Virus record (IMG/VR): IMGVR_UViG_3300025030_000086
Coordinates: 1 to 64,000 of that record
Strand: one strand, 5' to 3'
Length of the DNA: 64,000 nucleotides
Source of the DNA: a virus
The notes beneath the pieces are model-generated. The model made no database searches and was not told where the DNA came from. It saw nothing but the letters and a program-made list of their open reading frames with translations. The position numbers and the translations under genes are program-made. Position 1 is the first letter of the stretch, and every line of letters starts with the position of its first letter. This document shows positions 1 to 9,819 of this stretch, in pieces.

Positions 1-682
1 CCTTAGTAAGAACCGAACAAGCCTCTTGATAAGTCATTTTGTTATCCTTAGCATACTGCTCTACTTCCTTATCACTCAAATATTTCTTATTAGGGTCAGT
101 ATTCTTCTCAATATGTGACTTCTCTTCAAGATTTACCCTAACCTCTGTAGGAATAGCCTCAAATATGTCTACAAGAACCTCCGTCATAGACATTTCCTTC
201 TCATCCAACTTAATTGAAGCAAACTTCCCAGCAGAATCCTCTAACATTACCTTCTTTGCCTTTTCAACAACCGCTGGCCAAAAACCCTTAGAAACAAGAT
301 CATCACAAATCTTAGTGACTTTCTCCTTCTTGAGGTCTACTTCCTTCTCAGACAACTTTTTCTCTGCATCTTCCAATTTCTTGTTAATAGCCTCCGTCTC
401 CTTAGCATGAGCATCGGTAAGTTTCTTCTCAACCTCAGCTATTGAAGCTTTATGAGAATCCTCCATAGTCTTCTTATCCTTTGTAAAAGAATCCGAAAGC
501 TCTTGGAGTCTCCTCTCCATATCTTCTAATTTCTTTTCATCTGCCATATCCCTATCACCCCCCTCTTTTTTTAGTTCACCTTCTTTTTTAGTGTCTTCCA
601 ATAAAGTTTCTGTGGAATTCTGTTTTAAAATAGAATCCAAAAAACTAAAAAATTTCTTTTTTTCCTCTTCCAAAATAGGCAT
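1..682 (-). CDS. Putative capsid scaffolding protein (partial, runs off window start); second in-frame start at 547
   Basis: Translated by hand: MPILEEEKKK...GGDRD-MADEKKLEDMERRLQELSDSF...; open to position 1, charged coiled-coil; both ATGs (682, 547) have G-rich SDs; located in head module. Confidence 0.6.
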   Translation of the reverse strand, partial: MPILEEEKKKFFSFLDSILKQNSTETLLEDTKKEGELKKEGGDRDMADEKKLEDMERRLQELSDSFTKDKKTMEDSHKASIAEVEKKLTDAHAKETEAINKKLEDAEKKLSEKEVDLKKEKVTKICDDLVSKGFWPAVVEKAKKVMLEDSAGKFASIKLDEKEMSMTEVLVDIFEAIPTEVRVNLEEKSHIEKNTDPNKKYLSDKEVEQYAKDNKMTYQEACSVLTK

Positions 683-713
683 TATTCCACCCCCTTTTAT
701 AACCTATAAATAT

Positions 714-750
714 ATTTTACTACAAAAAATCAAAAAAAATAAAGGATTTC
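714..750 (-). promoter_or_regulatory. Putative late promoter (AAATCCTTTATTTTTTTTGA...TAAAAT)
   Basis: Similar motif upstream of the portal, the 10942 gene and the terminase operon. Confidence 0.5.
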
Positions 751-778
751 TTTACAGAATCAAGTATTTATGGTATAT

Positions 779-1261
779 TTAATTTTCAAACCATGAAAAT
801 GTCACCCAAGGAAGATAGGAATTACCAGCAGATTCAGATTCATGGCCTACAAATAAACCATTCCCAGGCAATAATTCAAATTCTTGAATAAAATCAATAC
901 CATATGGGGGCATCCCATTAGAAAAATTAATTGTTCTTCTATCAACAATTTTATCTACTGTCAAAGAACCCCCTGCATAAATTTTAGCAATTGTATCTGG
1001 ACTATTTGGATTATATTTTACTATGTTAGTTGTCAAGTCTGTTGCACCGGAAACTCCTGTAAATAATGTTACATTGGAAATTACAGAAATAGAACCTGAA
1101 GCAGAAGCACCTGAATTAATTTGAAGGACTTTAAGGATTTTGCCACTCCCAATAGGGTTCCACAATGCCAAAATATTTGTAAATAAAGGCACATCCGAAC
1201 CCCATCGGTAACTGGCACTATATACATTCTCTTTCCAAAAAGTACGACGTAGGTTTAACAT
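779..1261 (-). CDS. Hypothetical, probable virion protein
   Basis: 160 aa, G/S/T-rich beta-type sequence in structural operon. Confidence 0.55.
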   Translation of the reverse strand: MLNLRRTFWKENVYSASYRWGSDVPLFTNILALWNPIGSGKILKVLQINSGASASGSISVISNVTLFTGVSGATDLTTNIVKYNPNSPDTIAKIYAGGSLTVDKIVDRRTINFSNGMPPYGIDFIQEFELLPGNGLFVGHESESAGNSYLPWVTFSWFEN

Positions 1262-1264
1262 GAA

Positions 1265-1753
1265 TTAAGCACGACCATGTATTTCTACTAATTTGTTATA
1301 GGCTATACCAGCATCTAAATTTCTCAAGCTCATTGTTACAGAATGAACTCCATCGGAAAGATCCCCAATGTAAGCGGTGCCCTCCAATAAGGTGAACCCA
1401 GTCCCAACAGAAATAAGTTCAATTCTTGGTGTAGTTTCTGCATTAAAGAAAATACCAATATTTGATGTTCCGGCAGAAGCCATTGCTTCGGCTTTTACAA
1501 TAATCTCCCCACTTGGCAAATCTGAAACTTTCTTTATAAATCTCATCTCTTTCTGATTAGAATAAGCTGTTCCTGTATAAGAAACAGTTGTATCATCAGC
1601 TACGATAAATCCACTTTTCAAATTACCAGAAGCTTTTGCAGCCGTTACAGCTAAATTAGCTAATTTATTTGTAGTAACTGCTCCATCAACTAATTTGTCC
1701 ACTGTGACCGAGTTGTCTGCAATTTCCCCAACACGTCTAAGATTAATAGGCAT
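1265..1753 (-). CDS. Probable virion protein, paralog of 1775..2203
   Basis: VTxxKL repeats (SVTVDKLVDGAVTTNKLA); shares FIVADD...GTSNxGIFFN...YIGDL.DGV...RNLD with neighbour; start MPINLRR after GGGGGTG SD. Confidence 0.6.
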   Translation of the reverse strand: MPINLRRVGEIADNSVTVDKLVDGAVTTNKLANLAVTAAKASGNLKSGFIVADDTTVSYTGTAYSNQKEMRFIKKVSDLPSGEIIVKAEAMASAGTSNIGIFFNAETTPRIELISVGTGFTLLEGTAYIGDLSDGVHSVTMSLRNLDAGIAYNKLVEIHGRA

Positions 1754-1774
1754 ATAAATCACCCCCTTTCATTA

Positions 1775-2203
1775 CTAAACTTTCTCCCAAAGCTCTACTA
1801 ATCTTTGATAAGAAGTTCCATTATCTAAATTTCTATGTCCTATTTTTATCAAATTAACTCCATCTAATAAGTCACCTATATAAGTTGTTCCTTGTAATAA
1901 TTCAAAACTTGTCCCGACAGAGGATAAAACTTTTCTTGGCAAAGATTCTAAATTAAAAAATATCCCTACATTTGATGTCCCTTGTAAAGACATTATTTCA
2001 GTTTTTATAAGCAATGTATTACTGTTAAAATCTTCCATATTTCTAACAAATCTTAACTCTTTCAAAATATCCCAAGAAGTCCCTGTGGAAGAAACTAAAT
2101 TATCATCAGCTACAATAAAACGTGTCGTCACACTTTTGGCTGTTGCAGATGTTAAAAATGAAGCATTTATTGCAGTAGAAATTCTTTGAAGAATTATTGC
2201 CAT
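1775..2203 (-). CDS. Probable virion protein, paralog of 1265..1753
   Basis: End-to-end similarity to adjacent ORF; ATG overlaps upstream TAA. Confidence 0.6.
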   Translation of the reverse strand: MAIILQRISTAINASFLTSATAKSVTTRFIVADDNLVSSTGTSWDILKELRFVRNMEDFNSNTLLIKTEIMSLQGTSNVGIFFNLESLPRKVLSSVGTSFELLQGTTYIGDLLDGVNLIKIGHRNLDNGTSYQRLVELWEKV

Positions 2204-2624
2204 TAAATAATCTTTCTCCAAATCATCTTAATTCTGCAATCACATTCTTGCTCACCAACATTACCTAATCTTTTTATCCTCAAACCATCTAATGAAAACC
2301 CTGTCTCGTACAAATACAATAAATCAGCATCACGATTGTACAAATTCTCATCAACACGCCGGAAATCTGCAAATATATGACTTCCAATAAAGCGCATGGA
2401 TTCTATTGGTTTTTCTGGTATTGGAAATATGTCAAATAACTGAAGTGAAAAAGTTGTTTTAATATTTGAAAAAATCTGAATCCATCCTTGGTCTACATCC
2501 CAATCCGTATATATACCAAAAAGCTCATGCAGATTTATGTCTTTAGCTGTGTTATAACTAAATTTTGTATCAAAAAAAAATCAAAATAATAAAATCCAGA
2601 TCGCTCTTCAAATCTTGTAATCAT
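2203..2624 (-). pseudogene. Hypothetical gene interrupted by a frameshift in a T9 tract (2572-2580)
   Basis: MITRFEERSGFYYFDFF joins DTKFSYNTAKD...ESMRFIG...WRKII if one T is added. Confidence 0.5.
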
Positions 2625-2625
2625 T

Positions 2626-3141
2626 TTATGCCTTGTTTAATTCCTCTATCTTTTTTCTTAAATTATTAATCCTGTTATACCAACCCTTTTTGAACACACC
2701 CAGTTTTACATTTTTAGTAATAATTAAATCATAATATTCTTTTCTTCTATCAAGCATCCTATTACACATATCTAAATCTTTGTATAGTTTTAATCCATTT
2801 ACTGTTTGTTTACCAATCATACCATCTGCTTCTACTCCTATAGCTTTTTGTAATAAAATTTTTGAAGTTTTACACCCACAATTAATTCCAGTATCAAATA
2901 AAACTATTGATGTTAATGGGAAATTTAAAGTGATCAGTTCTTGGCAATAGGAAGATAACCAATAGTTTTTATAATATATTTCTTTTGCTCTATCTATTGT
3001 AAGATTTTTAATATCCTCTTTTGGGTAGTCTCGTTTGCAAATTCCAAACTTGGTCTCCCCCCCTGGATCTGAAACATTGTTTGAATATCCCCCCTCTGCT
3101 CCAATAGTAAAATTGAAAGCCTCAAACCAATAATTAATCAT
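2626..3141 (-). CDS. Glycoside hydrolase family 108 lysozyme/endolysin with C-terminal peptidoglycan-binding domain
   Basis: EGGYSNNVSDPGGETKFGI; FDTGINCG; LQKAIGVEADGMIG; FKKGWYNR. Confidence 0.9.
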   Translation of the reverse strand: MINYWFEAFNFTIGAEGGYSNNVSDPGGETKFGICKRDYPKEDIKNLTIDRAKEIYYKNYWLSSYCQELITLNFPLTSIVLFDTGINCGCKTSKILLQKAIGVEADGMIGKQTVNGLKLYKDLDMCNRMLDRRKEYYDLIITKNVKLGVFKKGWYNRINNLRKKIEELNKA

Positions 3142-3150
3142 ATATCTTCC

Positions 3151-3948
3151 TTATTCATTCGTTTCCAAACAACCACTATAAGATGCAGCAGCAAAACCAC
3201 CAACAGCATTAGACCAAGCTGTAACTTTTATAACAGCTAATTGCGGGATTTTCTTAGGCACGCTGAAATGTTTTGTATAAACAGAATTATTAAGATGTGC
3301 AGTATCATTAAATAAAAATACCCCATTAACTCTTGTTCCATGTGCTTCTGTAGCCCTTAATCTAAGTCTGGTAATTGTAGAAGTATTTGGTGCTATACAA
3401 CTTGCCGTCCATTCATGTAAATAAAATGTTTTATTGTAAGGAACCATACGTGATGTACTTAATGACATATTCCCACCTACAGAAATCATATTGTATACTG
3501 TAATAAGTGTACCATTAGCACATATTGATATATCACCACTTGCTACCGTACCGGAACCTACCAGTGTTGCATGAATAGCATTCACAAATCTAATATTGGT
3601 TCCAACTGTTCTAACAAAAGCCGTACCATTTAAATTAACAGTTTCATATTGTTCATTCCCAATAGCATCCAAATAATCAATTTCTACTTTTTGAATACCC
3701 GTACCATTTAATCTATCATCAAAATCAGATGATATAACCATCATCTGTTCTCCCCCGAATTGGTCAGGCCAAGGCTGTGCAACAGAAGTACCTCTCCAAA
3801 TATCTGACCCTACTACTACTATTTGTATATTATCTCTTTCACCAAATCCTAAAAATTCAGTCATCCCATCAATAACACCACGTGCAATCTCGGACTCCAT
3901 GCTATTTGATAAAACCCAATTTTCCGTTCTACGATGCAGATGGGGCAT
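3151..3948 (-). CDS. Hypothetical, probable virion protein
   Basis: 265 aa ORF (SSDFDD..GTGIQKVEIDYLD...ETVNLNGT) in structural region. Confidence 0.55.
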   Translation of the reverse strand: MPHLHRRTENWVLSNSMESEIARGVIDGMTEFLGFGERDNIQIVVVGSDIWRGTSVAQPWPDQFGGEQMMVISSDFDDRLNGTGIQKVEIDYLDAIGNEQYETVNLNGTAFVRTVGTNIRFVNAIHATLVGSGTVASGDISICANGTLITVYNMISVGGNMSLSTSRMVPYNKTFYLHEWTASCIAPNTSTITRLRLRATEAHGTRVNGVFLFNDTAHLNNSVYTKHFSVPKKIPQLAVIKVTAWSNAVGGFAAASYSGCLETNE

Positions 3949-3977
3949 TAAATCATCTCCTTAATAATTAGATTTTG

Positions 3978-4769
3978 TTAAAGTAAACATTCTATAATCC
4001 TATTTATCATTATATTTTGATAAAATTCTGTAAAATAAAGTCTTTTTTTCTTACCATTTGTTTTCATATGACAAGAATCACAAAGAGTTATTAGGTTTTC
4101 TGAGTTACTATTCTTTTTGTTGTAATCAATATGATACACATGCAGTATATCATGTATTTCAGTGCATTCAGGATTTTGACACTCATAATTATCTCTTTCT
4201 AAAATAGATTGTTTTAAGGGTTTATTAAATTCTATTGGGTAGGGATTCTTTGAAATACCCTCCTGCCAATTAGGATTATTGCACCCTTTAGTTGTTCCAT
4301 TTTTTAACATTGTTTCGGATATTTTTTGTCTTTGTTCTTCTAAGATAACTCTACCTTTAAATGCTTTAGAATAATTTTCCTTTTGTTTTTCTGTTCTTTT
4401 TTTATCCGTGTTACCCAATTTTATTTTATTTTTAGTTTCCTCAGAAACAGTTCCCCCTTTATTCCACGAGATTAATCCAATGTGCCCTTTTGAAATATTT
4501 TGTCTGTGTTCTTCTGTTATTACTTTTCCTTTTTGAGATTCAGAATTTTTCTTATTAGATACTTCTGTATGCTTTTTACCATACATAGGGTGATTTTCCC
4601 CTTGATTATATTTAGGTCTACATTCTTTTTTTCCACAAGATTTTGCTACTAAACCACTGCCCAACTGTTTTTCAACTTCTTGTAAACAAACAGGGCATTC
4701 ATATAGAGAATGACTTGTATAATTACCATTTTTATTTTTTCTTGTTGGTAATTTTCTAATTAGTTTCAT
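3978..4769 (-). CDS. HNH homing endonuclease with NUMOD3 repeats
   Basis: MKLIRKL N-terminal Cys module, GKKHTE/SEETKNKI repeats, ERDNYECQ...HIDYNKKNSNSENLITLCDSCH. Confidence 0.85.
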   Translation of the reverse strand: MKLIRKLPTRKNKNGNYTSHSLYECPVCLQEVEKQLGSGLVAKSCGKKECRPKYNQGENHPMYGKKHTEVSNKKNSESQKGKVITEEHRQNISKGHIGLISWNKGGTVSEETKNKIKLGNTDKKRTEKQKENYSKAFKGRVILEEQRQKISETMLKNGTTKGCNNPNWQEGISKNPYPIEFNKPLKQSILERDNYECQNPECTEIHDILHVYHIDYNKKNSNSENLITLCDSCHMKTNGKKKRLYFTEFYQNIMINRIIECLL

Positions 4770-5670
4770 TAAAATACTCTTCCAATAAAGTTAGTATTTC
4801 TTTTTTAAATTCTTCACTCATTTGTAATTGGTCAAAATTTACTTTTTCTAAATGATTTAATGTAAAATCCTTCAACTCCGATTGAGAAATATATCCCCCG
4901 TAACAAAGTTGTCTAATAATATCAATAAAACTATTTGAAAAGTCCATATAATAAGAGTTATACGGTACAGATGTAGCTATAGCTTCTTGATGTAAAGAAA
5001 AAGAATCTAAACAATTTTCTGACAAAACAATGGGGGACAAATTTGTTAAAAAAGGGCGTAAAGTTAAGGCCCCACCTATTAAAACATTTTCAACAACAGC
5101 TCCGGTTTCTTTATTTGTATACTTAGAAGTATACTCTGGGGAAAAATAACGAAATCCAAAATTTTTAATTAAGTCAATTCCAAAATTAGTCAATTCCACT
5201 TTTGCTTTTAATTTATCACCATCAATAAAAAGGTCTTTTATTAAACCAGTTCCCCCATCTTCAGGTTTGTGATTTTTATCTATCATGATATCTCTTCCAA
5301 TTATGTTTTCTTTCCAATTTTTTATAAAATCATTAAACAATTTTTTCGTTCCTTGTATAATCCCGTGAGAAGGGTGATGCCATTTTCCTTCTCTAAACAT
5401 ATCTATTATAATTGTTGTTTTATCCTCTAATTCTTTTAATATAGAATCATCTATCTCTGTTAAATAATAAAAAGATTGTGAAGGGTCTTCTAAATTCTTT
5501 TTTACAACAGAGGAAGCTTGCCTAATAGCCGAAACTTCACATTCTTTAACATCTCCACCTTTATCCATACAACTTTTTAATGCTGAGTTGGCAACTTCCA
5601 CCCACATTTTTTTGTGTTTAGTATCAAGGCCACCATAATGTTTATCAACCGATTCCACAGTCCAGGGCAT
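4756..5670 (-). CDS. Mu I-type prohead protease with N-terminal ChaB-like domain
   Basis: IDKNH, RYFSPEY, GGALTLRPFL protease motifs; N-terminus MPW...MWVEVANSAL resembles ChaB. Confidence 0.75.
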   Translation of the reverse strand: MPWTVESVDKHYGGLDTKHKKMWVEVANSALKSCMDKGGDVKECEVSAIRQASSVVKKNLEDPSQSFYYLTEIDDSILKELEDKTTIIIDMFREGKWHHPSHGIIQGTKKLFNDFIKNWKENIIGRDIMIDKNHKPEDGGTGLIKDLFIDGDKLKAKVELTNFGIDLIKNFGFRYFSPEYTSKYTNKETGAVVENVLIGGALTLRPFLTNLSPIVLSENCLDSFSLHQEAIATSVPYNSYYMDFSNSFIDIIRQLCYGGYISQSELKDFTLNHLEKVNFDQLQMSEEFKKEILTLLEEYFNETN

Positions 5671-5672
5671 TT

Positions 5673-5861
5673 TTACTCATCTCCTTTAAAGTAATTGTTA
5701 GTATCTTTGTTTAATCCTATATTAATAATTACACCTTTATCAAATACAGAAAAATTCTTACATTTCCTACACTTAACTTCTATCACAGAAGTAATATCCG
5801 TTTTACAAAACAAAGTATTACATTTTGGGCAACGATAGTCTATTATTTTAGTATCTTCCAT
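5673..5861 (-). CDS. Mu Com-like zinc-finger protein
   Basis: RCPKCNTLF...IEVKCRKC. Confidence 0.7.
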   Translation of the reverse strand: MEDTKIIDYRCPKCNTLFCKTDITSVIEVKCRKCKNFSVFDKGVIINIGLNKDTNNYFKGDE

Positions 5862-5863
5862 AT

Positions 5864-6547
5864 TTATCTCTTCTTAATATTAAACATATTCTCTATTTGA
5901 TTTTCAACAAGGTCGTTGCTCTCACTTATTAAATAAGATATAGCTTCCTTCCTAATTTGGGCTTCCTCTCTATTAGTAAAATCAATTTCTGTGTCTTTTT
6001 CAGTTTCTTTCATTAAAATTGTTTGTCCCAATTTGTTTAAAAAGAATACTATATAGAATATTCTCATATTTTCTTTCTCCATAATAGACATTCTCTGTTT
6101 AGCATTTTCAATATTTCTTAACTCTGTTTCTCTAATATATTCTTCTATGCTTAGAACGTCTTTAATATTGAACACAAGTTCGGGTGCTTCGGGTGCGTAA
6201 GGAGATATTTCAATAGGCCCCCCTTTTTTACCTTTAAATGGGATAATAAAAAGAAAAGGTGCATATTTTTTTATCCATTCCTCTTTTGGTCTTTCCCAAT
6301 CTACTTTTGGGATTTTCTCTGCGTCAGAAGTTATAAATCCCCAAGTACATTTGCAATTCGGATGTAGGGGTTGTTGGTAAATAGAATAATCAGGGTCAGT
6401 TGCATCCATAACTTTACCATCTAATGAAGCACATAAAGGACATATATTAGGTTCATGTGTTTTCCATACAAATCTGGTGATTTTTGGGCTTAAAATATCA
6501 GCCAATTTTATATTTTGTAATCTTTCTAAAGATAAAATATTTTTCAT
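5864..6547 (-). CDS. Head morphogenesis (MuF-like) C-terminal domain protein
   Basis: CPLCASLDGK...PLHPNCKC; ATG overlaps HNH TGA (ATGA). Confidence 0.75.
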   Translation of the reverse strand: MKNILSLERLQNIKLADILSPKITRFVWKTHEPNICPLCASLDGKVMDATDPDYSIYQQPLHPNCKCTWGFITSDAEKIPKVDWERPKEEWIKKYAPFLFIIPFKGKKGGPIEISPYAPEAPELVFNIKDVLSIEEYIRETELRNIENAKQRMSIMEKENMRIFYIVFFLNKLGQTILMKETEKDTEIDFTNREEAQIRKEAISYLISESNDLVENQIENMFNIKKR

Positions 6548-7335
6548 AGTAAGCACTCAACTATTTTGCTCATCAGGATGTTCTGGTAAAATTCTGTCCA
6601 ATATTGTCTATTTTTCTTCCCATTAGTTTTTGAATGACATGAATCACAAAGAGTTGTAAGATTATCTAAACTATTATTTTGTTTATCATAATCAATATGA
6701 TGAACATCCAATCCTTCGGATAAATGTTCACAGTTAGGATTTTGACAAGTATAATTATCACGTTCTAAAACTTGTGTTTTCTTTTCTTTGTTGAATTCAG
6801 GACTGTATGGTTCAAAACTTGAACCATTGTTCCAATTTGGTGATAATTCACCATATCTATGAACCCCATACATGGGATTATTTATTCCTCTTATTTTATC
6901 TCCATTACCATAATTAGGATTACTTTTTCCTGAAAGCAAAAAACCCTTCCCATACCAATAGTTATTTTCTCCCTTGCTTATCCCTTTTTCTATCCTTGTT
7001 TTAGACATTTTATCTAACGTCTCTTGTGAATAAACATTTATTTTTCCTTTATTCCAAGGTTCTTTGCCTAAGTGAAATTCTCTATTTTTTTGTTTAGATT
7101 CTTCTGTATGATTTTTATCATAAAAAGGGTTGTTTTCCCCTGAAAAATCCTTCCCCTTATTCAATTTGGAAATGAATTCTGACTTATTGCAACCACAAGA
7201 TTTTGCTTTCAACCCATTACTTAATTTTCTTTCTACTATTTTTCCACAATTAGAAATTTTACATAGAAATTCAGCCCAACTTCTTTTATATCCATTTTTA
7301 TCTGTCCTTGTTCCTAATTTTCTAAGTAATTTCAT
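6544..7335 (-). CDS. HNH homing endonuclease with NUMOD3 repeats
   Basis: MKLLRKLGTR N-terminal module; ERDNYTCQ...HHIDYDKQNNSLDNLTTLCDSCH. Confidence 0.85.
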   Translation of the reverse strand: MKLLRKLGTRTDKNGYKRSWAEFLCKISNCGKIVERKLSNGLKAKSCGCNKSEFISKLNKGKDFSGENNPFYDKNHTEESKQKNREFHLGKEPWNKGKINVYSQETLDKMSKTRIEKGISKGENNYWYGKGFLLSGKSNPNYGNGDKIRGINNPMYGVHRYGELSPNWNNGSSFEPYSPEFNKEKKTQVLERDNYTCQNPNCEHLSEGLDVHHIDYDKQNNSLDNLTTLCDSCHSKTNGKKNRQYWTEFYQNILMSKIVECLL

Positions 7336-9383
7336 TATATATTTTCTTGGGCTATTTTAGCTCTACCTTTATTTAAGAATAGCATAGATTCTGAGCTTAC
7401 AATGTCTACTAAATTTTTATTCTTTATAGTCTCAAATTGAGATTTAATGTCATTTATAGTATCTTCAGAAGTTTTATTTTCATTAGTAAATGAGGTAAGG
7501 ACAAGTTCTACCCTATATTTTACATTATTAAAAAATTGATCCGTAAGAATTCTACTTCTGTCTTTTATTGAAGATTTGCCTTCTTTATCCACAACAGAAG
7601 CCTCCTCTATTTTAAGTTCCTCTAAAGCTGTCTCCTGTCCAAAAAGGTAACTTTCTTGCATTAATTTAGAAATAGTAGATAACACTTTTGACCTTAAAGG
7701 TTGCCACAAAAGAATATTTTCATTCTCTCCATCTGAAACTTTGGAATAAAATAAGTCTTCAATAGATAATTTATCCGATAATATTTTCTTAACTTTAGTT
7801 AAAATTTGTTCCCCCTGTTTATCAAAAATATTAACTAAATCAGCATAATAATTTTTTTCTAAACTATTCATTTTAGATTCAATTTCAGACAAGGAAGCAT
7901 TTTCCGTCAGATTTACGTCAGAAAATTTCTTTCCTTCGTCTTTTTTGACAACCTTATCCTTTTTATTGTCAATCTCATTATCCTTATTGTCAACCTTAAT
8001 TGAATTGTCAAGTTTTCCTTTACTGTTGTCTCTATTCCTTAATTGATCAGCTACAGTGGTTTCTTGCTCATCTGTGAGAGGTACGCCAACAACATCGGCG
8101 ATTTCTCTTGCAGCAGGAATAGCTGTTCCTTTTTTAATCATTTCCATAAATACATCTTTAAGAAATCCTTTTCTTGCCTCTGTGATACGCTCAATCTTTA
8201 TATAGCATTGTGGTGCTTTAGCACCAAAATTGTATTCAATTAAACGTCTAACAACATATTTATTTAATTGATTCTCAATATCTACTAATAGAGCTTCCTC
8301 ACCTAAAAGGAACATATCGGCGTGAGTTTGAGATAATGAATAAGAACCTGCCTTAGAAGAAGAGTCTTGCGTAATTGTCCTCTCAGGAACAAACATACCA
8401 CGCAACATCTTATTTTCAAAAAAAGTGAGAGCGGAAAGAAACATCTCCCCACGTTTATCATCTAATAAATAGTTTAAATCCCATTTGGGTGGGGTGTTTT
8501 CATATGTAGTAGAAGGTATTGCTATAACAGATTCACCAATAAGAGCTTTACCCATCTCCAATGCTATATCGGCGTGGTCAGTCCCATCCTTAGTTTGTCC
8601 AAGTGGGAATTTTACAATAACAGGTGGTGTCCCCTTGCGTTCAAAATACCTCATCATAAACTGAACTAATGAAATCCACCAATACCAACAATCGTAGGCA
8701 GGTTTTAATCTACTAACACCAAACAAATTACCAAAACTATCGCCTTTATCATGTGTAAAAATAAAGGATTTTTCAACAGGAATATGAATATCTTGCCCTA
8801 CCCACTTTTGAACAATCCCATCAAAGTTTTCCATCTCATCAAGTTTTATATTAACTGTATCTGGGTATAAGGATTTGAATTTTTTCCATACAACAGCTTT
8901 TTTGTCAAAGAAAGATTTTTTCTCATACTTGCGATTAAGAGTTGTATCTTGTACATCATAAACAATCTCATGTGCAGCAAATCCAAAGTCTACAGCAGTA
9001 AGTGTGGAAGTCAATAAGTTGTACCACATAGGTCTTAGTAATTGGTCAATAAATTCACCAATATCTTTATCATCACAAACAGTTGTCCATTGCTGACCAA
9101 TTATAGGTAGTTTTATAACCTTTAACCCAGCGGCTATTTGGGCGTTCATCCGTAGTTTATTATATGTATCTACCGAAATATCGTCTGGATTATATTGGCC
9201 CGCATAGGATTGAATAGCACCTGCTATTTGAGATAAAGGCCCACCATGCTTGGATAATTCACCTTTTTCTACTTTTTTAGAAATAGAATTGGTGAAATCC
9301 TCCAGCAACTTTGCATCTTTTTCAAAGATTTTCTGTACTTGCTTTAGATTTGGTGATTTTTTTAAAGACTTAGTTTTTGGCAT
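7335..9383 (-). CDS. Portal protein (DUF935/Mu gp29-like) with C-terminal MuF-N-like extension
   Basis: FGFAAHEIVY, GVSRLKPAY, ERKGTP, GSYSLSQTH, LIEYNFG motifs. Confidence 0.85.
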   Translation of the reverse strand: MPKTKSLKKSPNLKQVQKIFEKDAKLLEDFTNSISKKVEKGELSKHGGPLSQIAGAIQSYAGQYNPDDISVDTYNKLRMNAQIAAGLKVIKLPIIGQQWTTVCDDKDIGEFIDQLLRPMWYNLLTSTLTAVDFGFAAHEIVYDVQDTTLNRKYEKKSFFDKKAVVWKKFKSLYPDTVNIKLDEMENFDGIVQKWVGQDIHIPVEKSFIFTHDKGDSFGNLFGVSRLKPAYDCWYWWISLVQFMMRYFERKGTPPVIVKFPLGQTKDGTDHADIALEMGKALIGESVIAIPSTTYENTPPKWDLNYLLDDKRGEMFLSALTFFENKMLRGMFVPERTITQDSSSKAGSYSLSQTHADMFLLGEEALLVDIENQLNKYVVRRLIEYNFGAKAPQCYIKIERITEARKGFLKDVFMEMIKKGTAIPAAREIADVVGVPLTDEQETTVADQLRNRDNSKGKLDNSIKVDNKDNEIDNKKDKVVKKDEGKKFSDVNLTENASLSEIESKMNSLEKNYYADLVNIFDKQGEQILTKVKKILSDKLSIEDLFYSKVSDGENENILLWQPLRSKVLSTISKLMQESYLFGQETALEELKIEEASVVDKEGKSSIKDRSRILTDQFFNNVKYRVELVLTSFTNENKTSEDTINDIKSQFETIKNKNLVDIVSSESMLFLNKGRAKIAQENI

Positions 9384-9391
9384 ATAAGAAT

Positions 9392-9428
9392 ATTATACAC
9401 CATAAAACCTAAAAAAATAAACGGATTT
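9392..9428 (-). promoter_or_regulatory. Putative late promoter, nearly leaderless, upstream of portal
   Basis: AAATCCGTTTATTTTTTTAGGTTTTATGGTGTATAAT, ending 8 nt before the ATG. Confidence 0.55.
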
Positions 9429-9531
9429 TAGACAGAGTTTGGCTAAAAGTATATTTTATATGAGGAAAACACCTATAATAGATAAATTTTTACATATGGA
9501 GTGTATTAATACAAATTTTTCATATTCTAAG

Positions 9532-9796
9532 AGTCCTTTCAGGACTGATGTTTAATATTTAAAATCCTTTCAGGATAATTCCTTCAGTGGTTTTGACTTT
9601 GAATTAAAAGTTTTTAGAAAGACGAACGAAACTGTAAGAAACAGCAAAGCTGTTTAGAAACAGTGTAGTTGAGTCAATAACAGAAAGTGTGTGAAACACA
9701 CTTGAAGGCGTTAGTCCGAATAAATTATATAAATAAAGTAAAGTATAGTAAACATAATACGACCTGTATAATACTGCTAAATGGTTTAAAAACCAT
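9532..9796. other. Cluster of short-loop hairpins
   Basis: AGTCCTTTCAGGACT, ATCCTTTCAGGAT, AAACAGCAAAGCTGTTT within a longer stem, AAGTGTGTGAAACACACTT, ATGGTTTAAAAACCAT. Confidence 0.5.
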
Positions 9797-9819
9797 CTCC
9801 ACTATTAGAAAGATATTTT

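Noticed and set aside
39-410. Plus-strand ORF
   Set aside because: Antisense shadow of the scaffold-like gene; the same applies to most short antisense ORFs in the track
6544-7335. Group I intron around the HNH genes
   Set aside because: ORFs abut their neighbours, leaving no room for ribozyme sequence
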